Counted from the stretch's first letter, positions 13,027-26,942 are shown. The stretch is DNA of 64,000 bases from Eledone cirrhosa (GCA_964016885.1 CAXHJY010000202.1:1-64000); one strand, 5' to 3'. Numbers and translations are program-made. Notes: generated by a model from the sequence alone, not told the origin.

Positions 13027-14545
13027 ATGAAGCACCCGTCTGAGCGGGGTTCTTCCTATCAGAAATTGAAAGAACAGTTTTCACAGGACGTTGGCAACCC
13101 CTGCCAAAAACCAATAAGCTGTGTCCTGTTGAAATGTTTCCCCACCCGACTCAACACACCCACCAGAACTGAAATGGAGATTGAACAACCCGATCTCCAG
13201 GAAACCAAATGGTAAGTTCACCTTTTCGTCGTTTTCGTCAACTCCTCTCCAACAACATGGCTGACTTACGAGTTGGAAGCGTTAATGTGCGTGTCCTAGG
13301 GATGCCCTGGAAACGGGGCCAACTTTTAAACGACCTTAGGTCACACGGTATAGATGTAAAAGCCATCACCGAGTTCAGGATACACAACGGGCAGCAACAA
13401 ACCCCCATCTTCAATGACTTTGAGATCTACGCAACTCTCTGCCAGCCGGTAGATGGAACTTGGACACGGAGGGTAGACTGGTAGTCCTAGACGTGAACAG
13501 TATTGGAAGTGGAGCCTTCAGACTGGGGGCCGTTTATGCTCCGACCGGGCAATCACAATCGCGGCCAGACTTCTTTAAGCGTCTAGAGTCTTTTCTGGGA
13601 ACGTCTTACTCCTTGCTTTTAGTGGGGGACTGGAATGGTATCCTAGATGCACGATGGGATTATCTGGTAGCATGTCCCAGTAGAGCGGGGTGCAACAGCC
13701 TAAAAAATCTAATCGGCCAATTCCAACTGGCCGATAGATATCGACCAGATTTCCCGACTGCACCACAGTGGACGTTGGCAAACCGCAGCGGGACATCTAG
13801 ATCGTATCTAGATAGTCTTTTCATTAGAGAGAAGGACAAGAAGATGTCCAGCTGTCCACAAATGCGCATGGTTGCCTATTCAGATCACAAAATAGTCGTC
13901 TGCATAGTCAACTGTGATAGAATACATAGACAAGGACCCAGATACTGGAAGCTGAACGTGTCGTTGCCGGCACGAAAAGCCTACAGTGAACGAATAAGTA
14001 GATTAGTTAAGCAAGAGTTGACGGGAGCCATCGTCAACAATAGATGGTGGTACTCTCTCAAGAGAGCAATTAGATTAGGGTTTAGCAAAGAATTAGCCTT
14101 AGAGAAAAACAAATCAGAAACAGAACTAGTAGCCAAGGTAGAAGAGGCGCTTAGGAGTGGCAACGCAGCTAGAGTGCTAGCATCACGAACGGCACTGGAC
14201 TTGTTCTTCGACGCGAAACACGAAGGCTGCGTGGTCAAAAGTAAATCACGTGATCTAGGAAACGAGGGAGCAAAAGCTGTTAGCTGGGCCCGAGTGGCCG
14301 AAGCGAAAAGTGGCAACAAGTCCAAAGCGGATGCGTGCTACTTGACCCCAGGTAGATATGCGCGCCCTTTCAGCGGCACTTTGCGCGACTGTTTGAGCAG
14401 AATGACGGTGCACCGAACGGGGCAATGGACTTTGGTTCATACCTCGACGGCCTGCCGCGTTTCTCGAGCATGGACGCCGATTTCTGCGAAAGACCGATCA
14501 CAGCCACTGAGATGCGGGACGGTCTGGGCCGCTGCAGGAAACGCA
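13027..14545 (+). mobile_element. L1/Tx1-like LINE fragment: end of ORF1 plus APE endonuclease of ORF2, frameshifted, truncated before RT
   Basis: SVNVR, E, VYAP, GDWN, YLD, SDH APE motifs followed by YWKLN. Frameshifts near 13460 and 14325. Confidence 0.88.
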
Positions 14546-14549
14546 AATC

Positions 14550-14849
14550 ATTTTTTCAGCTTTTTATAGTTTTTTGAGGCGTTACGTCGAGCCGGTTTTC
14601 CCGAAATATCAAGGCATATTATGCACATAAAAAAAATTCATTTTCTTGATGCCCTAGGGCCCGCATTAGGTGAAAACCTGCATTTTTCCTGCTTCATCGA
14701 GTAAAATCTTAAAGATTATCCAGCCATCAGAATATTCGGTTTATTTTCTTTACATATTAGCCAGGCATACAGTTTTCCCACGATTAGGTCTGTTGGCGGC
14801 CCGCCTTCCAAAATACCTTAACCCGTGCAACGCCGGGTACCACTGCTAG
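14550..14849 (+). mobile_element. Helitron 3' end
   Basis: Hairpin acccg-tgcaacgc-cgggt, 7 nt, then CTAG followed by T. 5' boundary not identified. Confidence 0.7.
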
Positions 14850-15061
14850 TATCTAATATATCTCATCATGTTCATGTAGTCATGAAGTCAAAGGATTATA
14901 GTGATGTCTTCAATATAATTGATGATTAACATTGTGTGTTAAATCCTAAGATAACAACTTCAGTTATGTTCAAATTATAGAGAAGCCATACAGTTTTGCC
15001 GAGAACAGCATATATATATAAGAGAGTGTTGTGGCTTGCTTGAAGCATTGTTGAATAGGAA

Positions 15062-15226
15062 ATATAAATTTAAGTAATTTTGAAAATCATACGATGCATT
15101 AGAAAATTAAAGGTACCAAGATAACAAAGAATCTTACCTTATTAAATATCCTAAGGTAAGATTCTATTGTTATCTTGGCACCTTTAATTTCCTAATGCAT
15201 TGTATGGTTCTCATAATTATTTAAAG

Positions 15227-15230
<4 letters not shown>
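15062..15230. repeat. Imperfect fold-back insert (about 78-bp arms) next to (TA)n
   Basis: ..ccaagataacaaagaatcttacctt / aaggtaagattctattgttatcttgg.. Confidence 0.8.
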
Positions 15231-15267
<37 letters not shown>

Positions 15268-15704
15268 GCATGTATTCATGTATGTAAGAGTAGATGGATT
15301 TATGTATGCATGTACATATGTATATATGTATGTATGTATGCATGCATGTATTTATACATATATCCTCCATCCTCGCCTTAATTTATAAAGATTCCAAGGA
15401 GCAGAGAATGATATATTGAATTCTCTTTCATGTTTGGAAAATAATATTTATAAATGATATTAGTACAATGAAAGCCTAGAGATGTGAGAACACTGAATAT
15501 AAGATTGGATTTAATACAAATAATTAATTAGTTGATGAGAGTATGTTGTTTAATCTCGAGTCAGAGTCCTTTTGTGATGATGCACAAATCACACAAGGCT
15601 ATTTTCTCAATTCCGTATGTATGTTTATATATATATATATATATTCACACATGATATATATATATATATATTCACCATGATATATATATATATATACACA
15701 CAAC

Positions 15705-15747
<43 letters not shown>

Positions 15748-15769
15748 TATGTTGGTATCACAAAACATC

Positions 15770-15856
15770 CAGCCCACACTGTAAATTGGTTGTGTAGGTG
15801 ACACAACAAAAAGAACTCAGCCCACACTGTAAAATGGTTGTGTAGTTGTCACAAAA
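15770..15856. repeat. 48-bp-period tandem duplication
   Basis: cagcccacactgtaaa.tggttgtgtag occurs twice. Confidence 0.8.
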
Positions 15857-16071
15857 CCCACACACACAGAAATTTCTTATTTATGAAATAACATTCACCC
15901 ACCTTGCTTTTGCCTAAAGATAACTGTACTATCTGGCATATGTTGGATGTAGTTTGAAACCCTACATAGCATGCCTTTGTATTGAGTTATTATTCATATA
16001 ATATATTTTGGCTCTCTGCATTACATAAAATTCTTTTATTCGTTTATATATTCTTCAGAAACTCTTGGCAC

Positions 16072-16116
<45 letters not shown>

Positions 16117-16162
16117 AAAAAAAATAAATAAGTCAAATGTTTAAAATTTGGCTTCGTTTATT

Positions 16163-16217
16163 ACTGCTATATATATTTCGATGACAGCCATCTTTGGCTG
16201 TCACCTCTTCAGGCAGT
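16163..16217 (-). ncRNA. Type I hammerhead (family G)
   Basis: actgc-CTGAAGA-ggtgacagcc(aaagat)ggctgtcatc-GAAA-tatata-TA-gcagt, within a (TA)-flanked insert at 16111-16300. Confidence 0.85.
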
Positions 16218-16402
16218 CCAAATTAGTGTGGTAGAGACGAATACACATGTTGTTGAGTGCATACTGAAGTGTTGGTATACAACCAACATATACTCAAAAT
16301 TTATATATGTATATATATATATATATCAATGACTTCGAGATTCATCCCTTTCAATACCCCTTCCATGCACAGAATACCACTGATTTGTGGTCTTCACGGG
16401 CC

Positions 16403-16453
<51 letters not shown>

Positions 16454-16496
16454 TATATACATATATAGATATATACATATATAGATATATACATAG

Positions 16497-16900
16497 ATAT
16501 GGTGGCTGCCAACTCGTTTTCGAGTACGGCCATTATTCTATATCCATGTAGGAGAACCCCTACCGATGCGCTGAACGAGTGTGACTTTTTAGTCCAGCCT
16601 GCGACCTGAAAACTCTGGTACAGACACTACACTTGTGACAATTATTGACACATAGTGCTGGGCCCATTGTATCATGTGACGACAAGTGCAGAGAGATCTC
16701 CAGATATAAAGCAATGCCTGTGCCGTGAAGCTTTTATAGTGAGCAAAGGCACTGAACAAAGCCAGTCCCACTCTCTTAACCAAGATGATATTTACCAAAA
16801 AGAAGAACATGTCAACATCATTGGATACCATCAGGGTTGCAGGTGTTATATGAGAGTTTTCCTTCTCCTAGAATTCTGCCTTGACAAAGGCTAAGGGGTC
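16497..16900 (-). mobile_element. 5'-truncated copy of the RTE-derived element
   Basis: Highly similar reverse complement of 8608-9010. Confidence 0.75.
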
Positions 16901-16922
16901 ATATATATATATATATATATAT

Positions 16923-17128
16923 ACGTAATTCCGGGTTGAATCGGAGGTAACCACAATAAGTAAGGTACTCAATACATAGCAGAGTATAACAGTTTTAATA
17001 TAGATGAGATTCTACAGGACTAGAACTGTTTCATTCATTAGAAATCATCAGGAATATACTGGGGTGTATTTAATCAGATTCCTGATGATTTCTAATGAAT
17101 GAAACAGTTCTAGTCCTGTAGAATCTCA

Positions 17129-17131
<3 letters not shown>
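16923..17131. mobile_element. pLTR family F fold-back with hammerheads on both strands
   Basis: Arms at about 16999-17055 and 17078-17134, in (TA)n. Related copy at 34610-34770. Confidence 0.8.
17076..17126 (+). ncRNA. Type I hammerhead (family F), mirror copy on minus strand at 17008-17055
   Basis: agattc-CTGATGA-t-ttc(taat)gaa-t-GAAA-cag(ttctagtc)ctg-TA-gaatct, GUA site. Confidence 0.85.
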
Positions 17132-17210
<79 letters not shown>

Positions 17211-17302
17211 AAAGTGGATGAATACTTCAACAGGTACTATGTACTTGTAGAAATATGCAAGTTGTTTATAATATTTGTGGTTCAATGATACTAATACGCT
17301 AC

Positions 17303-17360
<58 letters not shown>

Positions 17361-17879
17361 TAGATATATACATACATACATGCATAAATATATGCATACA
17401 CACATACATATATATATATACACACACACACTTATATATACATATGTGTGTATGTGTGTATGTGTGTGTATGTGTGTGTAAGTGTGTGTGTGTCTGTCTG
17501 TGTGCGTGCGTGTGTGTGTGTGTGTGTGTGCGTGTGTGTGTGTGTGTGTGTAGAAATGTATACATTTATTATATATAATACAAATATACCAATGCAATAG
17601 ATGGGTTCACTTCAGTCCATATTTTAATATCAATGTAACATATAAAGATACTTGTAATATATTCTTAAACATGGCTTATATTATACAAGAATATAATATA
17701 TATAATAATCCCTAGTAAATTAATTCTTTCAGCAGAGAAACTTATTAATATATATATATATATATTGTTATTTCTTTATCACTGTCATCATCATCATCAC
17801 TATCACCATCACCATCATCACCATCGTCATCATCATCTTTGCTATTACTCTTATTATTGTTATTAATATTATTATTAAG

Positions 17880-18181
17880 ATAAAGCACCAGTATATACTG
17901 GGGTGTATTTAATCAAATCGGCCGCCTTCAAACTGCTGGCCTTTTGCCTAAAGTAAAATCAAATATTATTAGTAGTCGTAATGGGTGTCGCTTCGGACAA
18001 CATTCTTTTCAGCATAGAGTTACGGCCCTTTATGATCTGAGTTCAAATCCAACCGAGGTTCACTTTGTCTTTCATCCTTACGGGATCGATAAAATAAAGT
18101 ACCAGTCACGTACTGGGGTCGAATTAACCAACTTTCCCCTCCCCCAAAATTGCTGGCCCTGTGCCTATATAAGAAACCAAT
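17880..18181 (+). mobile_element. Nin-type SINE 3' fragment followed by a long-subfamily copy
   Basis: Fragment 17880-17960. Copy about 17990-18181 with B-box and core. Confidence 0.75.
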
Positions 18182-18532
18182 ATTATCATTATTATTGTTG
18201 TTGTTGTTGTTGTTGTTATTATCATCATCATCATCATCATCTCAATATGGTAGTAATCACCTGTTTTCATACCAATATACCCAGAGAGAATAACTTCTGT
18301 TCTTGATATTGGGATTAACTATTTTTTCTCTAGTTATCTACATCATTCCCTTTTTTTTTCAATTATTCATTATTTTATTTGTGTTGCATTTTTATTTTTT
18401 ATGAGATTTTCTCCTTTCATTCTTTTTCTATTTCATTTTTAACTTCTTCTTCTTCATTAATTCTCTCCCTTTTTTTTGTTCAGCTTCATTTTCTGCATTA
18501 TCAACATCTTATTATTTGCTTTCATTCATGGA

Positions 18533-18697
18533 CTTATGGTCCTTTATGCTCTGAGTTCAAATCCTGCCAAGGATAACTTTGCCTTTCATCCTTACAGCCT
18601 CACTAAAATAAAGTACCAGTAATGCACCGCGGTCGATTCAATCGAATTTCCTTTCCCTCAAAATTGCTGGCAATGTGCCTCAATCAGAAACCATTAT
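18533..18697 (+). mobile_element. Nin-type SINE, 5' truncated
   Basis: ctgagttcaaatcc..gcctttcatccttac..aagtaccag. Confidence 0.75.
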
Positions 18698-18834
18698 TTG
18701 CTTATATTTTTTCTTTTACAACTACTATTACTAAAAATTTTCTTCACCCTTTTCTTCATATCCTCATTATCATCACTCACATCATCAGCATCACCAACAT
18801 CTTCATTATTTTTATTATTATCATTATCATTGTC

Positions 18835-21085
18835 ATTTCATTTATCTTGCTTTATATTCATACGAGTTATCACCAAGTCAAAACCAGTGACCTCAAGAGA
18901 CAACAAGGTCCACCATGTTAAAAAATAACACAAATACACACACTTGTGATATTTTTATATTGACAGAATTTTCCTAAGTATATGGGCAGTTCCCGTTAGT
19001 AATTTATTCTATATGCGGTCTTCCTGGAATTTGGGATAAGTAATCATTAGACCCCTTAGGTATCATTCCTAGAGTGCCTACAACCACTGGTATTGTTTTA
19101 GTTCTCACCTTCCACATTTTTCCAATCTCTATTTCCAGGTCCTTATATTTGCTTAATTCTTCAAATGTTTTTATAGATACATTATTTTCTATAGGAACAG
19201 TCATGTCAATCAGCAGGCATACCCACTGTTTCAAGTCCTTCAGTATTATATCAGGTCTATTTGCATTTAGTTTTTGGTTTGTTTAGATGCTAAAGTTCCA
19301 CAGAATTGAAATGTGACCTTTTACAAGTTATGGGAGGTGGTTGATGCTCCCACCAATTCTTTTGATGGAGCAGGTCAAAATGTTTAAACATTATCCAATG
19401 TATGTATTGTACCATTCTCTCATACCTGTTAAAGTATTCAGTTGGAGCTATAGGACTGCACTTTGAAATTAGATGATCAATGGTCTCTTTACGATGTTAG
19501 CTTGATGATCTTTTATTGGCAGACACTGATCGTGTGCTGTTATAATCAGTCCTTCAGTCTCCAATTTCTGTCAAGAGGATGCCAACCAACGATGGGCTAA
19601 AGTGTTGTCAACATCAGGATTATTAGCTTTCTGGATATATTCCATATAGAGGCTTTACTTGCCATTTCTGAGTCAGTTTCTTTAATAGTTCTTTCTTTGT
19701 AGTTCATTTTACCTGCTTTGGGTTTTCTGTGTTTTTCATTTCAGTAGTAAAAGGAACTTCTTAAATGTATAGTTCATTATTGTATCTATGTACATCTTTT
19801 GTAATGGAATATGATCTTTTGTTGCTTTGATGTTTCAATACGAGTTTGATCATCCAATCATGTGATTCCCTTAGATATATAGATAATCTAATTGTTGCAG
19901 TTTTCAAATGGATTAATCCATGCTCTCCTTCTTTCCTAGGGAGATATATTCTATCTGTATCTGCCTTAGGGTGATGCATTCTGTGCATAGTCAAGAGTTT
20001 TCTAATTTTCGTATCCAGTTTACGGATCGCTGTTCTTGACCAGTTGATCACATTGAAACTGTAAGTTACTACTGGTATGGAAAGTGTGTTTACGGCATCG
20101 ATCATATTCCTTGCATGTAAATCCGATATTAGAACTGCTCTTACTCTGCAATAACAATCTTCCTTGTTTATCCTTCCCTCGTTGTACAGTCCTTCACAAT
20201 AGGTTTATGCTTGATCAAGTTCTCGTATCACAGTCCTCCGATTAAGATTAATGTCTGAACTTTTCGGCTGCTTTCCTCTGATGAACATGCTTATTTATCT
20301 AGTCCAAACTCCATTTTAATATCATCAATAAACTGCTTCACAGTGGATAATCTCCCTTGCAATGCTCATCATTTTTTGCAAATAGTTTTAGGTCATCCCT
20401 GTAGAACAAGTGATTAAGGGTTTGTCATAAACTTTATATCCATGGTTGTTTCATTGAGCATTTTACTAAATGGTATAAGCGCGATGCAGAATAAAAGCAG
20501 TGATAAAGAGTCATCCTGAAAAATTCCAAAATTAATATCAACTTCTCCATCTTCCAGTGATTTTCTTTTCACAATGAGTGTTGTAATCCATGCTTTTATA
20601 CTGAATGACAGGAATCTCATGACAATAGAAAATATTTTGAAAATCTCTAAAAACTTTTCAATCCAACTGTGTGGCAAACTAAGAAATGCTTTTTTGTAAT
20701 CTATCCAAGAAATTGATAGATTTTTGTGTGTATTATGACAATCCTCCGGAAGCCTTTTGCTGATCAAAAGCTGATCCTTACAGCCATATAGGCCACATTT
20801 ACATTCTTTCTGCTCATTAGGAAGTATATCATTTGATATCAGGTATTTCATATGTGCATTCAGTTAGAATTGATGTTAGGATTTTATACATTGTGGTCAA
20901 GCAATCTATTGGTCAGTAATTTTTTTGATTATTTGTTTCATCATTTTTCAGAAGTAAGAAAGTAATGCCATTTACTAGCCATGACAGTATATTTTCTGGC
21001 TCCTTAATCATTTCATCATAGAGTTGGTCTAAGAGCTCATGAGACTCTGCGAAGGCATTTATCCAAAGATTTTGTATTTTGTCTT
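18835..21085 (-). mobile_element. R4/Dong-like (RLE) LINE, decayed RT plus restriction-like endonuclease
   Basis: EQK.C...GCKDQLLI..NLS.SWIDYKKAF.S.PHSWI (RT); IDMTVP..K..KYKDLEIEI.KMW..IPVVVG.LG (RLE). The 3' end runs into TAA/TGA-type repeats. Many stops and frameshifts. Confidence 0.85.
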
Positions 21086-21095
21086 TCTGTATTTA

Positions 21096-21260
21096 GGGTT
21101 GGACACCATGCTTTGTAGCATAGTTACGTCCCTTTATGGTCTGAGTTCAAATCCCGTCGAGGTTAACTTTGCCTTTCATCCTTACGGGGTCGATAAAATA
21201 AAGTACCAGTAATGTACTGGAATAATTGCTGGCCTTGTGCCAAAAGTAGAAACAATTATT
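21096..21260 (+). mobile_element. Nin-type SINE (short subfamily)
   Basis: B-box and core as at 6835. Confidence 0.85.
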
Positions 21261-21279
21261 ATTATCATTATCATTATTA

Positions 21280-21605
21280 TTTTGCATGCTATCATTTCTG
21301 AGCACAGCTGTGTGTGCCTTGGGTATGTGCAATGTGGTGTTTGGTGGTGTTTGTTTTGTTGTATTGAAAGTACTCTTCGTAATATGCGTGCAGTGCCTAG
21401 TAGTGCTATTTTTTTTATATGTTCTATATATTTGTGAGTCCTGGAGTTTTGGTTATGTATATGTCTGCATGCTTTTTTTATAATTCCCAGAGCACCTATA
21501 ATTATAGGTATTGTTTCTGTCTTCAACATCCACATTTGAGTTATTTCTATCTCTAGATCTTTATATTTGGTTAGTTTCTCTATTTTCTTGGTAGAAATGT
21601 TGTAA
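21280..21605 (-). mobile_element. Second R4/Dong-like LINE 3' fragment
   Basis: KYKDLEIEI..MW.LKTETIPIIIGALG..KIALLGTARILRRVL, ending in a (TAA)-type tract. Confidence 0.8.
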
Positions 21606-22666
21606 CTTTTTCTATTATTTGACTATTTATCATAACCAAATTTGAAAATAAAACAGCTCTATTTCATCTAGAAGAGGGGATGGGCTCCACCAGGTTTAGA
21701 ATTAACAACATGGGTTGTATATCACTACAATCCAGTACAACTCAATGAGGAGCGATGTATCTGTTTATTTATAATAGCACATCCATGGTTCTGTAACATT
21801 CAATTTGTCTGGATGCTTAAACCCAGACAGAATATAATATTTACTAAGGACATTCTATGCCCAAAACCCACACTTACTCATGTAAGACATTTCATAATGT
21901 GTTTTTTCCATATCTTAGAATCTAATTTATAATTTCAGTGTGATTGGCTGCTATTTTCAGCAGGTTGAACGCCTAAGTAAAATATTCCTCATTGCACTAT
22001 TCTCATGAATCTGTCTGCTTTATTTTGAGTGACGTATGATGAAAGCTAGGAATGTAAGAATGATTGTATATAATCTTCTCGGAGCTGCATACTTCTGAAA
22101 TATATTAGTATAGTTGGGACTGACATAGATGAGAATTAAATGAACTGACCGTTCTGACCTCTTAACACACCTTAAACAGAATCTATAAGCTGATTTGAAA
22201 GGTCTTTTTTATATGATGCATTATGTGAGGTTATCAGACAATAGAATTTGTAAAGATACAAATAAACTTCATACAAGATTTTCTCAAACGTGACTTAATA
22301 ATACAACCAGTATTAATCGCATTTGCACACTGATTATCACAGGAAAAAAAATTGTACTAGAATGCAAAGATGACTAAGTGTAATAGGATGATAACAATAG
22401 CTAAGAACTTTAGATCATAACTAAGAGAAATAACCAATCTTTTTGTCTTCTTAATCCCTGCATACATGCAACACACATACATGCACATACATACATCTTT
22501 GTAATCTCTGTATACATCCAACATATATATGTACATACATTCTTTTAGGCTCTGTGTACAAACATCGCACACACAGACGCGCAATCACACTCACATATAC
22601 GTATCATCCTAGCCTTTGTATACATGTAGCGCATACACATACACACACACATGCATAACACATTTA

Positions 22667-22823
<157 letters not shown>

Positions 22824-22845
22824 CTTCATATATATATATATATAT

Positions 22846-23175
22846 ATTAAACTAACATATTAAAGATTAAGCAAAGAATCGCTGCTTTCACCCTTAACGG
22901 GATCTTCTGAAACTAACAAAATCAATCTGTAAACGCAGAAGTAAATATTTCGAAAAACGTTCCAACCGAACGAAAACAGGAAGATGATACTTTGGTTCGT
23001 GGAGACGTTTCCTGGAAATAAACGGAAAAAAAGCGAAGATAATACGTTCATTATTTAGAGCGGTTAGTTCCACATCAGTTAGCAAACCATCTTTGAGGAC
23101 GTGCATTTCACCTTGCGGATTTTGAACTTGAGTAATGGCTCATAGTCGAAAAACGGATGTCTATATGAAGTTAGC
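22846..23175 (-). mobile_element. pLTR family C copy with CAGAAGA hammerhead (22864-22914)
   Basis: Reverse complement similar to 44920-45200, in (TA)n. Confidence 0.8.
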
Positions 23176-23178
23176 CAG

Positions 23179-23264
<86 letters not shown>

Positions 23265-23891
23265 ATATATATGTGTGTCTGTGTGTGCGTGTATGAAATT
23301 ATTAGCAAATGAATCCTACTATGATTTATGCGATAAATATTCAAGTTCTGAACAGCCTGTATATTGAGCAATAAAATACTATTCTATAGATACGATACTT
23401 GTAACATTAATATAATACTAAGAAAATAGTGCTGGGCTTTGAAATAGATCCATCTAGTAGTCTATTGGACGGGATTCAAGTCTTCGTGTATTCAATGTCA
23501 TCCACAATGAAACTAGTAAAACACAAACTCGCGACCTCATGTTGGTGAAAGCGTACTTCCTAACTACGCACAAGGCAGTTAGATTACTGTATTGAGCCCA
23601 CACATGCGTTATGCAGACATATGGACCTGTTAGGGAAAAATACTTTGATCGCTCATTTTGTTTTGTGTTTAACTGCTTCAGCTTCGCGTGTGAAAAGGGG
23701 ATGACAAGCCTGAAATATCATGCCAAAATACACGGTAAAACATTACATTGCTTCATTTGTCATTATTTGCTTGTCATAGTTTTCTACCGCATTGTAACGG
23801 GTTTTCTTTTTAAATTATCGATTTTTTACTACATATCTCACAATGCTTCCTATTAATTACAAAGACACATACATACAAGTGGACAAACATA

Positions 23892-23988
<97 letters not shown>

Positions 23989-24063
23989 ACACATACACAC
24001 ACTCACACTCACATATACATATATAGTTCAAGGAGACGAAAAAACAGAAGTACAAAAAGTCTT

Positions 24064-24099
<36 letters not shown>

Positions 24100-24632
24100 T
24101 ATGTATATCTATATGTGTGTTTATGTATGTGTATGAATTGAGCTGAAAATGTCTATTATTTGAAATTCCAAGCCGAAGGAGAAATATGTTTTAGCGTTTA
24201 GACAAAATTATTGAGAGAGGTCAAGAGACAGTGCTAAAAAAAGATTAATCAAGCAAAAATGAATTTTAATTGAGTTATGTAGTGTGTTGGGGACTGTCTG
24301 ATCTATATTAACCGTCTTGACGACACCGGATATTCTTCTAGTGTATTAAGTTCTTTTGCGAAGCATAATCTACTCCTCGATGTTGATAACTTCAAACCAC
24401 TAACAGAAGCAATATTCCATTCAGTGATTAGCAAAATTAATTTATCAAGTTCAACAAGATCTCAGGATCTTCAGGGTTTTATGATTTCATTTAATTTACT
24501 TTAGTGTCTCTTGTAATTGCTGCTGTGAAAGTAGTACAGAAATCATGGTGGATTTCATATATTCTTGACAATTGGTGCTAAGAAGTTGTTTATTTTTAGT
24601 TAGTAGTGTATTTTAAAAGTACAATTTAGTGT

Positions 24633-24672
<40 letters not shown>

Positions 24673-25148
24673 GAAGGCGTGTGGCTGATTCCTCGACCAG
24701 GCAATGCGTTATGTCTTTGAGCAAGACACTTTATTTCACGTTTTTCCATACTACCATACTATCTGGAGTTGCGACCGATAGATAGTATTAGCAACTGGAA
24801 AGACCAATGGAAACATTGTTTCCTCGGTCCGATTTGACGAAAGTCAATCATTCCTTTTTATACATATTGTTACACCTTGGCAGGGTCATGCAGTCAAGAA
24901 AAACTCAAGCAACTATTGGTTTTCACTTCAATGTATTATACATTTCCAGTTGGTTAGTTTAATAACCGGATGGCTGTTTATTTGTTTATTGTCACTAACT
25001 AACTGGAAATTTATAATAAATTAAAGTAAAAACAAATAGGTACATGTGTTTTTATTCGCAGCATAATCCTCCCAAATTATAAAGATATCTGTTTCAGTAC
25101 ACCCACCTTTCCAGATAAGATATCTTGTTTTGCTAAACAAATACAAAA

Positions 25149-25201
<53 letters not shown>

Positions 25202-25290
25202 AAGTTCTATTTAAATTGTTGGGATACAACAAGCAAATATTTGTATAACTGATATAAAGCACTCAACAAATATTTGGAGTAAAAATACGA

Positions 25291-26141
25291 TATTAAAAAA
25301 TGGAAACTATATTTATAAAACCATATTTATTTCATTATACATATTTCAAGGACACCAAGTTAAATTATGGTGTGCTTTCATCAGATAAAATATAATATAG
25401 ATCAGTTTTATAAATAAATATTGACATACACTTAAAGAATGCAACCATTACTGTTGGAAGCTCCCGGATAGTGGAGTTGTAGCTTTAATTATATTATTGG
25501 ATATTTTTAAAATAAGCCGTTGGGATACGGAGAAAGAGAAAGATAGAGAAGGAGAGAGAGAGAAAGAGCAGAACAACAGAGAGAGAAAAAAATATAGAGA
25601 GGGAGGGGAGACAGAGACAAGAAAAAGATAAAGAGAGAGAGGAGACAGAGAAAGGAGAGAGAATTAAAACTCCAAGTCATATCATGTTGAGTTATCTTAA
25701 CAATTGAGATTAAGATAACTCAACATAACTCAATTGTTAAGATAACTCAACATGATATGACTTGGAGTTTTAGTTCTCTCTCCTTTCTCTGTCTCCTCTC
25801 TCTCTCTCTATCTTTTTCATTTCTCTGTCTCTTCTCTCTCTATATATTTTTTCTCTCTCTGTTGTTCTGCTCTTTCTCTCTCTCTCCTTCTCTATATTTC
25901 TCTTTCTCCGTAACCCAACGGCTTATTTTAAAAATATCCAATAATATAATTAAGGCTACAACTCCACTATCCGGGAGCTCCCAACAGTAATGGTTGCATT
26001 CTTTAAGTGTATGTCAATATTTATTTATAAAGCTAATCTATATTATATTTTATCTGATGAAAGCACACCATAATTTAACTTGGTGTCCTTGAAATATGTA
26101 TAATGAAATAAATATGGTTTTATAAATATAGTTTCCATTTT

Positions 26142-26147
<6 letters not shown>
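25291..26147. repeat. Large fold-back insert (about 415-bp arms)
   Basis: 25291-25708 is the reverse complement of 25729-26147 with scattered differences. Ends in (TA)n. Each arm has an HHR-like core. Confidence 0.9.
26050..26103 (+). ncRNA. Hammerhead-like motif (mirror at about 25334-25387 on minus strand)
   Basis: tta-t-CTGATGA-aagcacacca(taatttaact)tggtgtcctt-GAAA-tatg-TA-taa. Strong stem II, weak or irregular stem I. Confidence 0.55.
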
Positions 26148-26214
<67 letters not shown>

Positions 26215-26506
26215 GTATTGCTATTTCGAATATGTTAGATTTTATTGCTCAGTAATTCAAGCAGAATATTAGCGCCATCAATCTATCCTGTATCGGATTG
26301 CCCATCAAGTTCATGACACAGTAAGCTGTCTCAAAATAATATTAGAGATGGAATTTGTCCAGGGATAATGTTTAGAAAATATCTTATGCATTAAAAATAT
26401 ACGATAAATATGATATCGGCGAGAATAGGATAAAAACTAAAAACATTAGCCAGATGTTGCAGAACAATATCATAACTATTCACCTCCACCCAATATATGC
26501 TTTATT

Positions 26507-26571
<65 letters not shown>

Positions 26572-26757
26572 GTTATCTTCAGTAAATATACCAATAATTC
26601 GGCACAACTCAATTTCAATTAAAATTTATTGATGACATAGTCACATGGGATAAGGGACAACTATTTAAAAACAATATTTTAAAGACCATCAAGACATGTA
26701 CAATGAAAAGATCTGAAACCGAAACAAAGAATGGTTACGTGAATGTGGTTAGAACTA

Positions 26758-26942
26758 ATAATTGTTTCTACTTTAGGCACAAGGCCAGCAATTACTAGGT
26801 GCATTACTGCTACTTTATTTTATCGACCCCGTAAGGATGAAAGGCAAAGTCAACCTCGGCAGCATTTGAACTCAGATCGTAAAGGGACGTAACTATGCTG
26901 GAAAGCATAGCGTCCGACCCTCCACCGATACTGCCAATCCAA
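26758..26942 (-). mobile_element. Nin-type SINE (short subfamily)
   Basis: Reverse complement of the SINE consensus. Confidence 0.85.
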
